Positions 13,791 through 28,429 are shown, counted from the stretch's first letter. The stretch: DNA of 64,000 nucleotides from Octopus sinensis (GCF_006345805.1 NC_042997.1:98642001-98706000), one strand, 5' to 3'. Numbers and translations: made by a program. Notes: generated from the letters alone by a model not told the origin.

Positions 13791-14869
13791 GCTTGTAGGA
13801 TAAAAAAAACACATACTATAAAATGTTTTTTCATAAGTCTGTCGGCATTTCAAGGTCGGGTATAAGCTATCATGATTAGAGCGAAAACACGTTGAATGAA
13901 GAACGAAATAAAACAAAATATGTACGAATTTTGTAATTTATTCTCAAGGTTTTAAAGTGTTCCTTCATTTGTATTTTAAAAGATTTTGTGTTAATGTCTC
14001 ACAATTTCTTATTGTTTGTTCTTTTAACTGTTTCTTTAGATTTGAAATATATTTCTCTTTTTCTTTGAATCTACTTATGTTTTTATCTAAATGCCGGTTT
14101 TATTACTTTCCTATATCTCATTCACTTATAAATATATTCATGTGTATACATTCACTTTCTTATATATTAATGTGTCTAAACGCCAAAGAAATAGGAAAAA
14201 GAAACGAAAAGAAAGAAAGAGAGGTGTCGATGCGTATGTTCATGTACACACCTTCATATTCACATGCAAATTTTTGGAGATATTGACATCAAGGCTATGG
14301 GAAATTATGTCACTAATTGTTAATATGTCATTTAAAATACTAATTTTATAGTTCTTATCGCAATGATATTACATTAGTTTCTTTTGTTGGCTGATTCTCA
14401 TGTAGCAACAATGAAATTGTTCTAGATTTGCGCAGAGATTGTCTAGTTTACAATTTTCCTGATATATTACTTTATTCTGTACATTAAACTAAGTTTAGTG
14501 ATTTTTCTTTATTATATTGTTACGTATTTATAGGTATTTCATTGACTTCTAAGACATTTCAAAGGACTAATCAGTTTTGTGAATATTTATTCAAAAAAAG
14601 CGCAAATCTAAGACTACAAAATTTCTGCAAGCATATCTTAGCACACTATTTTAAACTATACATGACTTTTCAATAAAAATATTTTAAAAGCAAATAACAA
14701 CAAAAAAGTAGATTTTAAGGAGAAATAACGAGAAAAATGATAATTGCATGAATTCGATTAATTCGATCGCTTAGAATTTCTCCTTTTCATAAGGAAGTTA
14801 TAAATTTGCTTATTAGTTATGCGTACACCCTAAAACCGCAATATATATAGTTTCTCTTAATTCTGTAAT

Positions 14870-16790
14870 TATCTTTGCACCGTCAAAGGTATGTCATTAT
14901 TCAGTTTTATTTCAAGATTTTTGGTCCCAAAAGAAATAGGGCCGGTTTCCTTCATTAGAATTTGAACAGGGTACTTTTGCATGTTTGCAGATTTCTGTTT
15001 TGTTTTATGTATGTCTTCGCATGCATGTACTTGCATGCTCATATATACTAAACTGAGACACTTCTGAAAAGTGTTACAGATTTTTACAGTTCCAATGATG
15101 GATTGGATTTGTAGTCTTCGAATCAGTTTTCTCCTTTCTGGTTTCGAGAAGCCAAATTTATCAAGATTGTTATTTAGGCTGTGTTTTACGTATCCCAGTA
15201 ACCCAATAATTACAGGTATAAACCTGAACTTGTAATCTGGATAGAGTAACTGCAGATTTCTCAATATTTCAGCGTAGATATTCTCTTTGTCACAGATCTT
15301 CAGCTTTATCTTAACAGTCACTGGGCTGTTGATTTCCGCAACTGTACACAGTTTCTTTTTCCTATCCCAAATCATTGTATCAAGTCTACTGGGTTTACAT
15401 TTTCTTGTGGTTTTCACTAGAACATTTCACCACCACTCTTTATTATGAGTGGCTTTGGCCTCCACCACACTGTGGGTACTTGTGTCTTTGTCCTCGGGTT
15501 TATCCTTTAGACGGGTCTCATTATACAGTCTCCTAGCGATAGTATCATATATCATCGGTAGATGATACCGTGATAACATTTTTGGATGACTGATTATGAT
15601 GTGGGCAATACCTTCGGTGTTAACTCCACAAAGTCCGCATGGGTCGTCATATTTTACTGCTTTTGATACATCTCTGTCCCTTTTGTGCATCAAGTATTTG
15701 TTGGTATTTCCTGTTACTAGATTGCAAACGCATACCCTTCAAAGTGGGAGGGAGTAATCCGGTTAGTGGTCCATGATACACTGTTTTGATGATCAATGTT
15801 ACTATCATCTCGAAGTTTTCTACTAACATGTCCATGCATAGATTTCTGCTCATATACGTGCATCCCTTCATCTGATGGCATGTTAATGTAGAGTCGTGCG
15901 ACTTCTTTGGGCATGTATTTAACGTTACCAGATAAGGTATGCTCAAGGAGCTGCCTTCCATGCCTTATGATCTCAGGTTTGTTAACTTGGTGAAGGGATG
16001 CACTTCGAATGCTTGGTGGTTAAACAATGTCGCCGAAGGGATATGATACGATATTCAAAGGTAGACTGGATTGATGTTAAGCCTTTGCTGCTTTGTTTTC
16101 GTTTTAGAGAAGAGGAGGTCTACGACATTGTTCATGTGGAAATTATGTGTGCTGGTTAGTGGCTTCCGGGTTTTCCCATCAATGGCTCGGATTTCATCAA
16201 GCGTCCAGTCAAGCAGCCCAAATGTTGATGTGAGTACTGGCACTGCAAACACACTATGGGCCACTGTCTTATTGAATGCAAAGAGTTCCGAGGTAAAAGT
16301 TTTCTTTATTCGACTGTAATTTTCTTTACTGACACGTGTTTTGTTACAGGCGCCGTTGTAAGATATGTTTTCAGCCACCCCTAGATAACTGTAATATTCC
16401 ACAGCACATACAGCAGAACCAGTTAAGTCATTGATGGCGATGTTTCTAGTCTAGTTTACAGTTTTCTCTTTTTTAACTGCCATACAGCAACATTTCCCCA
16501 GATCAAACTCCAACCCTATCTCCTATGAGAACGTTGTAACAAGATCAAGGTTCTTCATCATATCGTGCTTAATCTTTGCATATAGTTTCAAGTTATCCAC
16601 AAAGAAACAGTGTTTAATTTTGGTATTACTGTTTCTTTGTAAACTAGTGACATATCTTTCAAACTTCCTTAACATGAATGAGAAGGGGTGTATAGAAAGC
16701 ATATACAACATCACAGAAAGGCTGTCTCCTTGGAATATGCCACTGTGATACTGTGTTCTATCAGTGATAATACAGTAGCTCCTCGTTTAT
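14870..16790 (-). mobile_element. 5'-truncated RLE LINE (R4/NeSL-like) fragment D: RT, zinc finger, RLE
   Basis: Hand-translated GIFQGDSLS, FFVDNLKLY, YSYLGV, FAVPVLTSTFG, RLYINMPSDEG, CGLCGVNTEGIAHII, FRFIPVIIGLLG; many stops and frameshifts. Confidence 0.85.
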
Positions 16791-16967
16791 ATATATATAT
16801 GTGTGTATGTTTTTATGTATGTATTTATGTATGTATGTATGTATGTATGTATGTATGTGTATACGTATGTATGTATGTATGTATGTGTGTATGTATGTGT
16901 GTATGTATGTGTGTATGTATGTGTGTGTATGTATGTGTGTGTGTATGTATGTATGTGAGTGTGTAAA

Positions 16968-17270
16968 GGTGCGTGGCTTCGTGGTAAGAGTATGCGACTC
17001 ACGATCATAAGGTCGGTAGATTGGGTCCTTGAGCAAGACACTTTATTTCATTATCAGCTGAGATAATGAGTTTCACATGGATTTCGAAGGGACAGTCATG
17101 TTACAATCTGTGTTACGCTGAATCACCGAGAACTACAACAAAGGTAAGCATGTCTGTGGAGTTATCTGCCACATGCACATTAATTTCACGAGCAGAGTAT
17201 TCTGTTGATGGGATCGACTGGAACACGTTTCGTCGTAACCGACGGCATACCTTTTATATATATATATGTT
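16968..17270 (+). mobile_element. tRNA-derived SINE of a separate family (CORE/V-like middle segment)
   Basis: gtgcgtggcttcgtggtaagagt head and ccttgagcaagacactttatttc segment; related fragments near 32400..32612 (minus) and 34215..34330. Confidence 0.6.
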
Positions 17271-17271
17271 T

Positions 17272-17495
17272 CTTTATTACCCACAAGGGGCTAAACATAG
17301 AGGGGACAAATAAAGACAGACAAACGAATTAAGTCGATTACATCGACCCCAGTGCGTAACTGGTATTTTATTTATTGACTCCGAAAGGATAAAAGGCAAA
17401 GTCGACCTCGGCGGAATTTGAACTCAGAACGTAACGGCAGACGAAATACCGCTAGTCATTTCGCCCGGCGCGCTAACGTTACTGCCAGCTCGCCT
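17272..17495 (-). mobile_element. tRNA-derived SINE monomer (abundant family)
   Basis: Reverse complement of ggcgagctggcag..gttctgagttcaaattccgccgaggtcgac..tgtttagccccttgtgggtaataaagaaa; further copies near 22790, 33760, 39510, 42620, 42810, 49570 and 58285. Confidence 0.85.
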
Positions 17496-18465
17496 TTTTT
17501 ATATATATATATATGTGTGTGTGAGAGAGAGAGAGAGAGTGGGTGGGGTGGGTGTTTGGGTACGTATGTGTATACATATACATACATATAAATGGACTTA
17601 AATGTACATATGTATATTTGCTCGTATATTTAAATGTACATATATATATTTATACGTATAAAACAAAGGGGGGGGGTATTTCTACAGTTTACAACCGATT
17701 CTCTCTCTTTCTTCTCTGTTACTTCGTCCCGTCTCTCTCTTTTTCTCATTCTCTGTTTCTCTTGCTTATATATATTCTCTCTCACCCTCTGTAATAGTTC
17801 CTATCTTTAAGTCTACGTCTGTTTCTTTCATTCTCTCCGACTCTCACTTCCCCGCCCTCTCTCTCTCTCTCTTTAACTTGACCAATAACATCTACCTACA
17901 CATTGAGTTCCGTGTATTTCAAATAGTCTTGCAGTTGCGGTTCTTGTACGTTCTCACTGAAAAATAATTTAGTTGTGTGAGACACACAAGGAAGTCAATT
18001 TATAAACATAACTTACAAAGCTCTAGACAAAATAGCTTGAGTGAAAAAACTTAACCCTCTCTAGAATAGGTTTTTTCGAACGCATCACCGCTCAGTAGCT
18101 CGGTTGAAATGTTATTGGTTAGTAATAAAGGCTTAGCAACTGCTATGTGACCTATAGCGGTCATACCTACGCATGACTCACCGCACACACAAGATATTTC
18201 TATAGAGAGGGAAATATAAATAGTGTATTTAAATAGACGGAGCGCAAAAAATTTAAATTAAGTAATATTGTAGGGATAACGTACAAATACTCTTGGCAAA
18301 TATATTTACCCACGACAAAATTGTCAACTTTTAGCAGATATGGCAAAACTGAATTTAAACACACTGGGTGAGCTAAGATTAAAAATAACTAAATTATTTT
18401 TCAGTGAGAACGTACAAGAACCGCAACTGCAGAGATTTTTACGCAAGACTATATATACATATATA

Positions 18466-18509
<44 letters not shown>

Positions 18510-18511
<2 letters not shown>

Positions 18512-19293
18512 CGAGAAGAAAATGGAGGACAGATGACAAACAGAAGTGTGTCTTTTGTGCTAGTAAGCCATTATTTAATTAATAAATAAAGGTGAGAGTG
18601 AGAGTGAAGTTGTTTACGATCGTTTCTGTTTACCATAGTGAAGAAAACATATATTACATTTTTGCATCGTTGCTAATGGTAGACCTCTTCAGAACGAAGA
18701 AGTCGGAGGTAGGAAAATGGTCTCTCGGTTTCTTTATTGTTAAAAATTGTTTATTGAAGCTTGACTACCTCAAAGGTACGAAAACCAATGCTAATTTTAG
18801 GATATTTCCAAGAAATTGCAAGAATAACAACCTGTGTGAAGTTTCAATTCCAAAAGTAGAGACAAATTTTTATAAAATTCTTTTTGACAATTCGTTCGTC
18901 TAGAGACGAAAATATTTTTTATAATGTTTAAATAGAAAAACAACATACAAAGCTTCATTAATAGAAAATGTTGTTAATGTAGTGAACTATAATTATTGTT
19001 ATAATTCTCTAAAAAAAATCATTATTTTCGTAATAAAAATTCTATTCTTTTATTACTTTTAGTTGTTGTCGGTTGTGTTTTTCTCAAAGAAGTAAAAATT
19101 CTACTTTGTTTGAATTGTTTATTGTCTTTACAAAATTTTCCATTTCACTTCGATTTTTCTACCGTGATATTATATTATTATTTTCAAGCAGATGTATTTT
19201 ATAATGTGGTTTCTCTACACAGACATAGGTCATTCTTTATGTGCTGTTCATCTTGTTATGTAAATTCAGTTGCATTGAAAGTACTCTACTCTT

Positions 19294-19351
<58 letters not shown>

Positions 19352-20140
19352 CGAGAAGAAAATGGAGGACAGATGACAAACAGAAGTGTGTCTTTTGTGC
19401 TAGTAAGCCATTATTTAATTAATAAATAAAGGTGAGAGTGAGAGTGAAGTTGTTACGATCGTTTCTGTTTACCATAGTGAAGAAAACATATATTACATTT
19501 TTGCATCGTTGCTAATGGTAGACCTCTTCAGAACGAAGAAGTCGGAGGTAGGAAAATGGTCTCTCGGTGTCTTTATTGTTAAAAATTGTTTATTGAAGCT
19601 TGACTACCTCAAAGGTACGAAAACCAATGCTAATTTTAGGATATTTCCAAGAAATTGCAAGAATAACAACCTGTGTGAAGTTTCAATTCCAAAAGTAGAG
19701 ACAAATTTTTATAAAATTCTTTTTGACAATTCGTTCGTCTAGAGACGAAAATATTTTTTATAATGTTTAAATAGAAAAACAACATACAAAGCTTCATTAA
19801 TAGAAAATGTTGTTAATGTAGTGAACTATAATTATTGTTATAATTCTCTAAAAAAAATCATTATTTTCGTAATAAAAATTCTATTCTTTTATTACTTTTA
19901 GTTGTTGTCGGTTGTGTTTTTCTCAAAGAAGTAAAAATTCTACTTTGTTTGAATTGTTTATTGTCTTTACAAAATTTTCCATTTCACTTCGATTTTTCTA
20001 CCGTGATATTATATTATTATTTTCAAGCAGATGTATTTTATAATGTGGTTTCTCTACACAGACATAGGTCATTCTTTATGTGCTGTTCATCTTGTTATGT
20101 AAATTCAGTTGCATTGAAAGTACTCTACTCTTTCTCTCTC

Positions 20141-20191
<51 letters not shown>
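18510..20191. repeat. Near-identical tandem duplication, 840-bp period
   Basis: ggcgagaagaaaatggaggacagatg starts at 18510 and 19350; each unit ends in (CT)n(AT)n; very few differences seen. Confidence 0.95.
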
Positions 20192-20196
<5 letters not shown>

Positions 20197-23100
20197 TTCT
20201 GTAATGTTATTCTCTTGTACGTAGTAACTGAAAATCCCACAGATATAGTTTTAAGTTTGTTTACACCTTTTTAATCAGTTCCCAAGGTATCAGCTATTTA
20301 GCAAATGATTCTGCTTTTAACTCAATATATTCTCCACGCCATAGCTTTTATCATGTCTATTAATAATTCTTTCCTTACATTTTGATTTTCATTTTATGAG
20401 GTGATGCTATTTTCATCTCACTTACTGTTGCTATATCGTTTCGCTTGCGCTTTCTCTCCTGTTCCGGAAAAGGATCACATTTAAACCTTGTATTTTTTTC
20501 CTTGTTTCAACCCCTGATGGTGTCGGTACGACACAGTCTATGACATATTTAGTTTAAGACAATTATACCTATTTCATGCTTATGTTTTGCATCAGTTTTT
20601 AATGGACTGCTTGTTTGTTCGAGTTGAACTCCATAATATTTAATTAAAACTGAGGACTAAGTTTTACGCTCCAAGGAGTGTAAGTTTAGAATACTTCTTT
20701 TTCAAATGGTGAATGAAAATTTAAAAGTGTGTTCGTTTAGGCCCAACATTTCTAATGGAAGAGTGAATATAGAAGAGAAATGGCGTGGTATAGTTCGCGT
20801 CTGTGGTGAAGGAAAAGTTTTGGTTTGGCCAGTTTGTGAGATGATGGTTATAAGTAAATCTTAGGGTAGAGGTTGTACAGTTTGTAACACGTTGTTGGTC
20901 ATTTGAACTGGGAGACATATGTTGAAAGCATGAAGAGAGGTAAAAGAAATGAGAATGTAATCTAAAATATGGCTAGAAAGACACGTACATAATAACACTG
21001 ATGGATATACAAGATAAGAATAGAAAAGAGTGAGGTAAGAGCAACAAGCAGAGAAACGGAATTCTTAAGTTATAGTCATTGAAGCAAAGTAATGTAGCAA
21101 TTACTAAAATTACGATTTCCAGAAATTAGTGATATTCTGTGTGAAAAAATGGGAATTGAGAGTGGAAATTATGGGTAAATCACACTTTCTTCTCTCTATC
21201 TTCTCTCTCTCTCTCTCATGCGCGTGCATACACAGACACGCATCCATGCACATCGACATATACATAGACACATAAACTAATACCTACATACACTTATATC
21301 CAAATGCACGTACACTGCACACACACACACACACACATACATACACACACATACACACACACAGGATTACAAAAGATAGAAAATAGCGCTCAATACGCTT
21401 TGTAACATTTCTTTTTATTTGTATCAACAAGTTGCGCACGACTTGCATAACTTAAAATTACACATATGTGAGAAATTGCCCTGTTACTTGGCTTTCAGCA
21501 ACAAATATTGTCATGTATGACTAATTCTCTTTGGCCTGTTCAGGTCATTTAGTGGAGTTAGTAGCAGTCTGCTATCACATGCTGCTTCTGTACCAGGGTT
21601 GATTACACACTGATGAATGATACCCATTAAGACAAGCGACAGAATCGGTGGATAACAACTATAACTACTCGGGTAGTTTTGCAGTATTATTTCTTTTCCT
21701 GGTTGGAAATCCTAATGTTAAGGATAAGGTGAAAAGGAAACTTGGTTCATGTCTTCAATTTTTTTTTAAAATTTCGTCTATCATATTTTTAAGTCACTAC
21801 GTTTATTCATTCATGTTAGCATTACTAGTTTCTCCTATTATATCTGCTCTTCAGCATTAGGTTTGGAGTTATCTCCTCTTTATTTTTTGTCATTATATAT
21901 GTTGGTTGTGTTGTAAAGGGTATTGTAGTGGCAGAATTGTTAGAGCGTCAGAAGACGCCTGGTGACCTCTCTTGTATTTCTTTACATCCCGTATTCTTTA
22001 CATCCCGTATTCGAATCCCGCCAATGTAAACATTACTTTCACCCTTTGCAGGTCGGTAAAATTAAAGAACCAACCAAGCACTAGTGACGATGGTATCGAC
22101 TAACACTTCTCTCTCCAAAATTGATGGCTTTGTGTCTAAATCAGAAACCAATATCTTCTGGTGTGTGTGTGTGTGGTGTGTGTGTGTGTGTGTGCGTGTG
22201 TGTGTGTGTTGTGTGCGTGTGTGTGATCCGCATTCACGTTGTGTTCTGTTGCATTGCAGGCCTTGACATATTTAATATAAATCCTGTTTTTAGTTCGTTA
22301 TTTGTTTCTTTGTTTTCTTAATGTCTCTTTTTATGATTGGGTGTTTTATTTTCATTCATTTGTGGGCGTATAAATGCGATAAAAATATTTTGATGAAAAC
22401 TAATACTGTATCTGTTTAAGTTGACAATGCTTTGACAAACTTCTAAAAAATTATTACAGATAATAAAATTTTGCAAATCACTCCAAACTTGACTCTGGAG
22501 CACGTGGTGTATTTTAAAACAATACTGAGGTTAAAAGCGATGCTTTTGAAAATTAAACATTTTTACTAATAGTATTATTTTCCATTTCAATTACCAACAC
22601 AGGATTATTCGGCGGTTGTAGAATTTAGATTCTACATTATAGCTGCCTCACTTTGTTGTGGAAGTTGTTTTGATGTTTCTAGTTTTAATTTAATGTTACG
22701 TATGTCGTGTAAGGAATGTAAAATATGTTGCTGCGTAATATTTTTTGTATGGTGTTTCGTATACAATGTGTGAATTGTGCTGTGTTTTAGTATTAGACGT
22801 TAACTATATAGAGTACATTTTACGTTCTGAGTTCAAATCCAACAGAGATAAACTCACTCTTTTTATCCTTTCCGGGTCGATACAATGAGAATTAACTGAT
22901 CATTAGGGTAGACGTAATTAATAAGCGTCTTCCACTGGTCTTGGATTCGAATTTATTATTATAAAGGCGGCGAGCTAACAGAATTGTTGCTATGGCGGAC
23001 TAAAATAAATAGGAGCATTTTTTCCGACTTTATGATCTAAATTCAGATACCTACGAGGTCAGCTTTATTTTTCTTTCTGCATTTCTTTCAGGGTCGATAA

Positions 23101-24120
23101 AATAAAGCACTAGTCAAATACTCGAATCTAAATAATACTAAACTCCCTTCCCTCAAATTTGCTGGCCTTGTAGAATAATTTGAAACTACTAGGCGGTGTG
23201 CTGGAAGAATTCTTTGCGCGTCGGACTAAATGTTTACCAGTATTTCTTCGTGCTCTTTTTACACTGGTTTCAAATCCTACCGAAGCCTATTTTGCCTTTC
23301 ATCATTTCGGAGTGCATAAGTACTGGGCTAGAGGTAATCGACAAATTCTATTCCACTCAAAATTATTGGGTGTGTATCTAAATTAGAAGCCATTGTTGTT
23401 GATTTTTTTTTTGTGATGGGTGTCGTTGGGTAACCTGTTACTGATATTCGTCTTGCTATGTGAATTTTACATTTACAGGAATAAATCAACGTATATTAGT
23501 GGTATTTATGATAGCATGCTGATATGCATGTAATCCAATCTCTCCATAAATATCAATCTGAGAGATGAAATCAAACAATGTAAAGAAAAAAAATAAACAA
23601 AGAAAAAAATATAAGCTAGCAATCTAGTTCATCTCGCTTCTCATCAGTATTCATTCTTACACACGCACACACTCACACACACACATACACACAAACACAC
23701 AAGCACACACGCACACATATGTGTACATATATCTGTATATATGTGTATGTACAAAACAAATTCACATCCTAGAAATGTAGACAACTCTACATAGAGAATA
23801 AAATGAAATGGTTATGAAATTTCGTCATTACTCTTATTACTATGTGCAACGGTTCGCAAACATTGGTCACAACGGAAATGCAGGTACATATTTTTTCTCC
23901 AGTAATATTAATTTTGCAGTGCGCATTATATTATTATTTTCCGAGAGAAAAAAATAGAATATTGATTCTAGAATTACTTTTATATAGTAGAGACGAAAAT
24001 ACGATATTGCGTCATACTCGCATATTATATATAAAGCTAGCTATATGGTATGTACTAAAATACATTGAATAACAAACTGAGATTGACCCTTAGGATATAA
24101 GTAACCGTCTCCCTTACATA

Positions 24121-25736
24121 CCGTGTTTTCCCGAAAACAAGACTCGGTCTTATATTGATTTTGCATTCAAATAACTTAGTAGGGATTATATTTTTATGGA
24201 AAAAATCCAAGAAAAATAAAAAAGAGTCTCATGTCCTCGTGTAAAAAGAAAAAGAAATCCACGTTTCTAGTTTCCAAAAGTTTATTCATTTGCTTATTAT
24301 TTTTTGTCAAGTACAAACATTTCGTCCTCTTCTGGAACATAAATCACCAAACTCCCAACTTCAGACTGAATTTCTTGCAAATCCTTTTCCTGTAGAATCA
24401 TGGACCCCAATTTCTCGTGTTTGGCAACTTAACTTTCCTTAAATAAACAGTATTGTGTCTAAGTACCAAGCTCGCAGTGCATTGGCAACGCAACTGTTGG
24501 TAATTTTATCCCATGAATTCTTCACCCAATTCACGACTTCTTGGAGGTTTGGTTTGAGAAATTTTCTTCGCTGATTTCTCTCCATTCTGTGTTCGATATA
24601 TTCATTCACTTCCATCCAAAACTAATCGTTGAGGGGCTTGTTCATTACGAGATCTAATGTTTGTAGATATGAATTCATTCCCGAGGGAAACATTATGTGG
24701 TCAATTCTTCTTTCAGAAAGGAAGGTTTTTATATCTTTTGCGCGATGAGTACTGGCCGAATCCCAGACTAAAAGACCACTTTCAGAACCACGTAAAACAA
24801 GTGGCATAGTTAAATCAAACCATTTTCTTCTTATAGCCTGTGGGCACCAAGCCTTTTCCGTTGCAAGGACATAAATAACTCGTTCTCTTTTCGCTTATTG
24901 TGATGATAAGCGGTGGGACTTTTGTTCCATTAAGATAAATTGCTAAAATACAAGTAACTCTTGCCCTTTCGTAACCCGTTGACGCAACATAGATTGACGA
25001 GGTACCTGTCTGTTCAATTGCCGATTTAGATACATGGCCCATAAACACTGCAGTCTTAACCATAGCAATTGTATTGGAGATATTGTACTTAGAAAAGTAG
25101 ATGCCATCAACGAGGAGCTTGAACGCAACTGCAGGTTGAATCACTTCAGCATCCTCCACTTTGAACAGTGTTCATCTTAGAGAGAGCTCATATCGCTGAA
25201 GGAAGTTATCCAACCAATTAGATGATGCTTTGACTGTCTCTGGGGGTATATCCAGTTGTGTTACCATTGCAAGAGAAAATTCTTGAATATCAGCCCTGTG
25301 TACCACCAAAGCCTTTGTTCTTCTGTCAGCAATCCATCCCAAGGTGATATCTTCCAGCTCTAAAAATAACGGTTGTCGACCTGATCCCCACTTGCGCTTC
25401 TTAGCACTTCCCTCATCCACCTGTCTGCTAAGATTATCGTAGTGTGCTCGGTATTTTCGAACCATTCGGTGATCCAAAATCTCCTTAGGGAAATCCGGGA
25501 GATTCTTGTTATCTGGCTTTTCCACAATTCCTTTTTTGTACGCCACGGAAAAACGCTTTCTTTTGCACGCATCTTCCTCGGCGGACAAGTGACTCAAGCC
25601 AAGGCTGTCAAGTCTGTGCACATGCGTTTAGTGCACACTTTAGACAAGCTGGGGTAGTTGGTCTATTTTGCAAGCATCACATGCTCTTGCTAATAAGGTC
25701 TTATTTTCACTAGGTCTTATTTTCGGGGAAACACGG
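24121..25736 (-). mobile_element. pogo/Tigger-family DNA transposon with both TIRs; transposase disrupted
   Basis: TIRs ccgtgttttcccgaaaacaagac / gtcttattttcggggaaacacgg with TA on both sides; Brinker-like KRKRFSVAYKK, CENP-B/Tc5 HTH KASSNWLDNFLQRY, DDE_1 LLVWDSASTH..LQTLD. Confidence 0.92.
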
Positions 25737-25742
25737 TATATA

Positions 25743-25778
<36 letters not shown>

Positions 25779-26008
25779 AAATTTCTAAGCGAGGTATAAA
25801 CAGTAGCTGCACGACATCTTGAAGCATATTTGCCACCTAAATGTCGTTAACCCTTAAGTGTTGATGCTACTGTTGATTGTAGCCCAGGAAGACATCTCCT
25901 CCAGCTGGCTATTGACACACTTTCTGTGCCATATCAGTAGCCACATTTAGGTGACAAATATACTTCACAATGTCGTGCAGCTACTTTTTATACCACGCTC
26001 AGAGATTT
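25779..26008. repeat. Foldback/MITE with ~65-bp imperfect arms
   Basis: gcgaggtataaacagtagctgcacgacat..cctaaatgt mirrored by acatttagg..atgtcgtgcagctactttttataccacgc. Confidence 0.8.
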
Positions 26009-26009
26009 A

Positions 26010-27730
26010 TTATTGCTGGTTTCCACATTTTCGAGATCAGTGACTTTTTGTCACTGGAAAAATTATATATATATTTGGATTGAGAACCACATTCAATCGC
26101 CAACCGGTGGTTTTGAATTTTCCTTGGATCTACGTTGAATTTTTTTGCTGCAAGCTAACTGTTGTATGAGTTCGTTTCGGTCTGTCCTTTTTGTTCTCGT
26201 GTTACACGTTTAATTAATTTTTGAACTGTTGTCTTGTTGACAGACGGTAATTTTCGCTCTACGGGGCAGAAAATTTCTGTTTTTTGTGCGAACTGTTAAC
26301 CTTTACAGGTTATTTTTGAAAAATTCCTCTTTTCTTGTCATTTGTGACAAGTTTCTCTTATTTTTGCAATGGAATTTGACTTAACGTCAAAAACAGATTT
26401 TCCCGAGATGGGAGAAGGTAAAAGCGTCGACAAACAAAAGGTCACCAAGGCTAAACAAAGGACGCCGTAGGCGGTAATATTGTAGAACTGGAAGTGGCAA
26501 TGGACAAGCTATTCCCGTTCAGAAATCTGGTGAAGAAACAAAATTGATACCACCCTCTTAAACCACGCAAGCCATTCATGAAAAGACAGTAATTTACTAA
26601 GTCTATAATATAAAAGAAAAAAAAACATAGCGGACGTAAAAAATGAAATAGTTGAACGGTGCCTGGCACCAGTATGGAATTATATTCGCTACGTTAGCCG
26701 AGGAGTGAGAAGCGCTACGATAGAAGCTCATTTCGAGTCGGCTAGCGTAGCGAAAGAAATTTCAACACAAACGTTGAAGAGCGAACAAATCATGCTACTG
26801 CCCACTCACTGAGGACGCAGAACGGCAAAGGTGACTGTCGAAGATACACCCGTGGGTTATGAAGTTATGTGGGTGGTAGCAGCAGTTATTTTCAACGTGG
26901 AGGAAAAATTATCAATATTGAGCATGAGGAAGAAAGAGGCTACAAATTGGAAGGGCCAAGGACTTGTATTCGACGCTGAAAAGTTTGCCAGATAGAGTCT
27001 TCGTGGGGGAGGGACATTTTATACGTGTATCGGTTGAGGGACGTAGGCCCAGGTGTTTAAAGTGCGGACAGAAGGGCAACGTTCGCACCGAATGCACAAA
27101 ACACCGTGAAAAACACAGAGAACAGCAAGCCAGACAACACAGCAACAACAAAAAAAAAACACGAAAACAAAATGAAGAAAAGAAACAGAATGAAAAACAA
27201 AACGAAAAAGAAAAGGAGGAAAAAAGGCAAACAAAGGAGAAAGAACCAGAAGAAATGAAGTACGTGACCGTGAAAAAATTTAACACACCGGTTTTCCCAC
27301 CCCAAACAAAAAAGAAAATAATTCAGACGAACAACAAAAAAATTTAACACACCGGTTTTCCCACCCCAAACAAAAAAGAAAATAATTCAGACGAACAACA
27401 AAAAAATTCTCCAATTCCACCTAGCTGGTACTACATTTGTAGGACAGCTTTTCAATAAACACCACCCCACCATGCTAACATGTTTTTAAAAAACTGACAA
27501 AATTGTTTCTTTTAATGTGAGAAATGAAAAGGTGCATTATTAAAGCAAGCAATCGTACAATTTTTTTTTTAAATGACAGACAAAGAGTTTGACAATCGTT
27601 ATGCCAAAGTCGGAGAGGAGGAGTGGCAAGGAAAACTCCTCCAAGAACATGTTGCAAACAACCTAGTTAAGGATGTGACCCAGGAGGTGATAGCTGGGAA
27701 GCTGATTATCAGCCCGACAGCCAGACCTAT
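26010..27730 (+). mobile_element. 5' UTR and degraded ORF1 (zinc knuckle) of a non-LTR retrotransposon; no ORF2
   Basis: VSVEGRRPRCLKCGQKGNVRTEC (CX2CX4[H>N]X4C) followed by a K/E/Q-rich tail; 64-bp tandem duplication at 27273..27408; ends in (TA)n. Confidence 0.65.
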
Positions 27731-27740
27731 ATATATGTAC

Positions 27741-27794
<54 letters not shown>

Positions 27795-27829
27795 AAATAG
27801 ATATGTATGTAAGTATATACATATATATT

Positions 27830-28010
27830 TTTTTTTTTCTCTCCTTGTTTCTCTCCGTGTTTCTTTTCTGTGTATCTTTCGGTTGAAGAGCGTAGGCTCG
27901 AAACGTAAAATACTTGTTTTATTTATATTCCTGAGCGCCATACTAATACAATTGTTTGTTTGTATTCCACCTGCCTTCGTCTTTTCTTTATTTTCATAAA
28001 TCTTCCCGTT
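27830..28010 (+). mobile_element. Penelope-like terminal repeat fragment with a degenerate hammerhead
   Basis: CGGTTGA-A-GAGC-GTAG-GCTC-GAAA-CGTA at 27880..27907: stem II and GAAA intact, CUGANGA core mutated. Confidence 0.55.
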
Positions 28011-28429
28011 ATATACATATATATATATGCATATGTATATATATGTATATGTATGTATGCATATATATATATGGATGTATATATATATGCATTTATATAT
28101 ATATGTATGTATATATACATATATATGTATATATGTGTGTGTATTTATGTATATATATATATATGTGTATATAGGTATGTATATATCTACTTACCTATCT
28201 GTTTACATACATATCCATTTACCTACCTATATATATATATATATATATAATATATATATATATATATACACATATGTATGTATATATATTTTCCTACATA
28301 AAAGTCTTCTAACAAACGTACCTTTGTAAGTGTACACAGTGTGTATTGGGTATCACGTCCTTCTATATGTATCTCCTATTTAAGACGTTGCATCTATGTG
28401 GACGTATTCCTGTATTTGTCTGAGTTATA

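Noticed and set aside
27273-27408. Short direct repeats (64-bp here; 16-21 bp near 21975 and 44720; tgtgactgag units at 50540..50610) as CRISPR-like arrays
   Set aside because: Eukaryotic context, no unique spacers and no cas genes; simple slippage duplications
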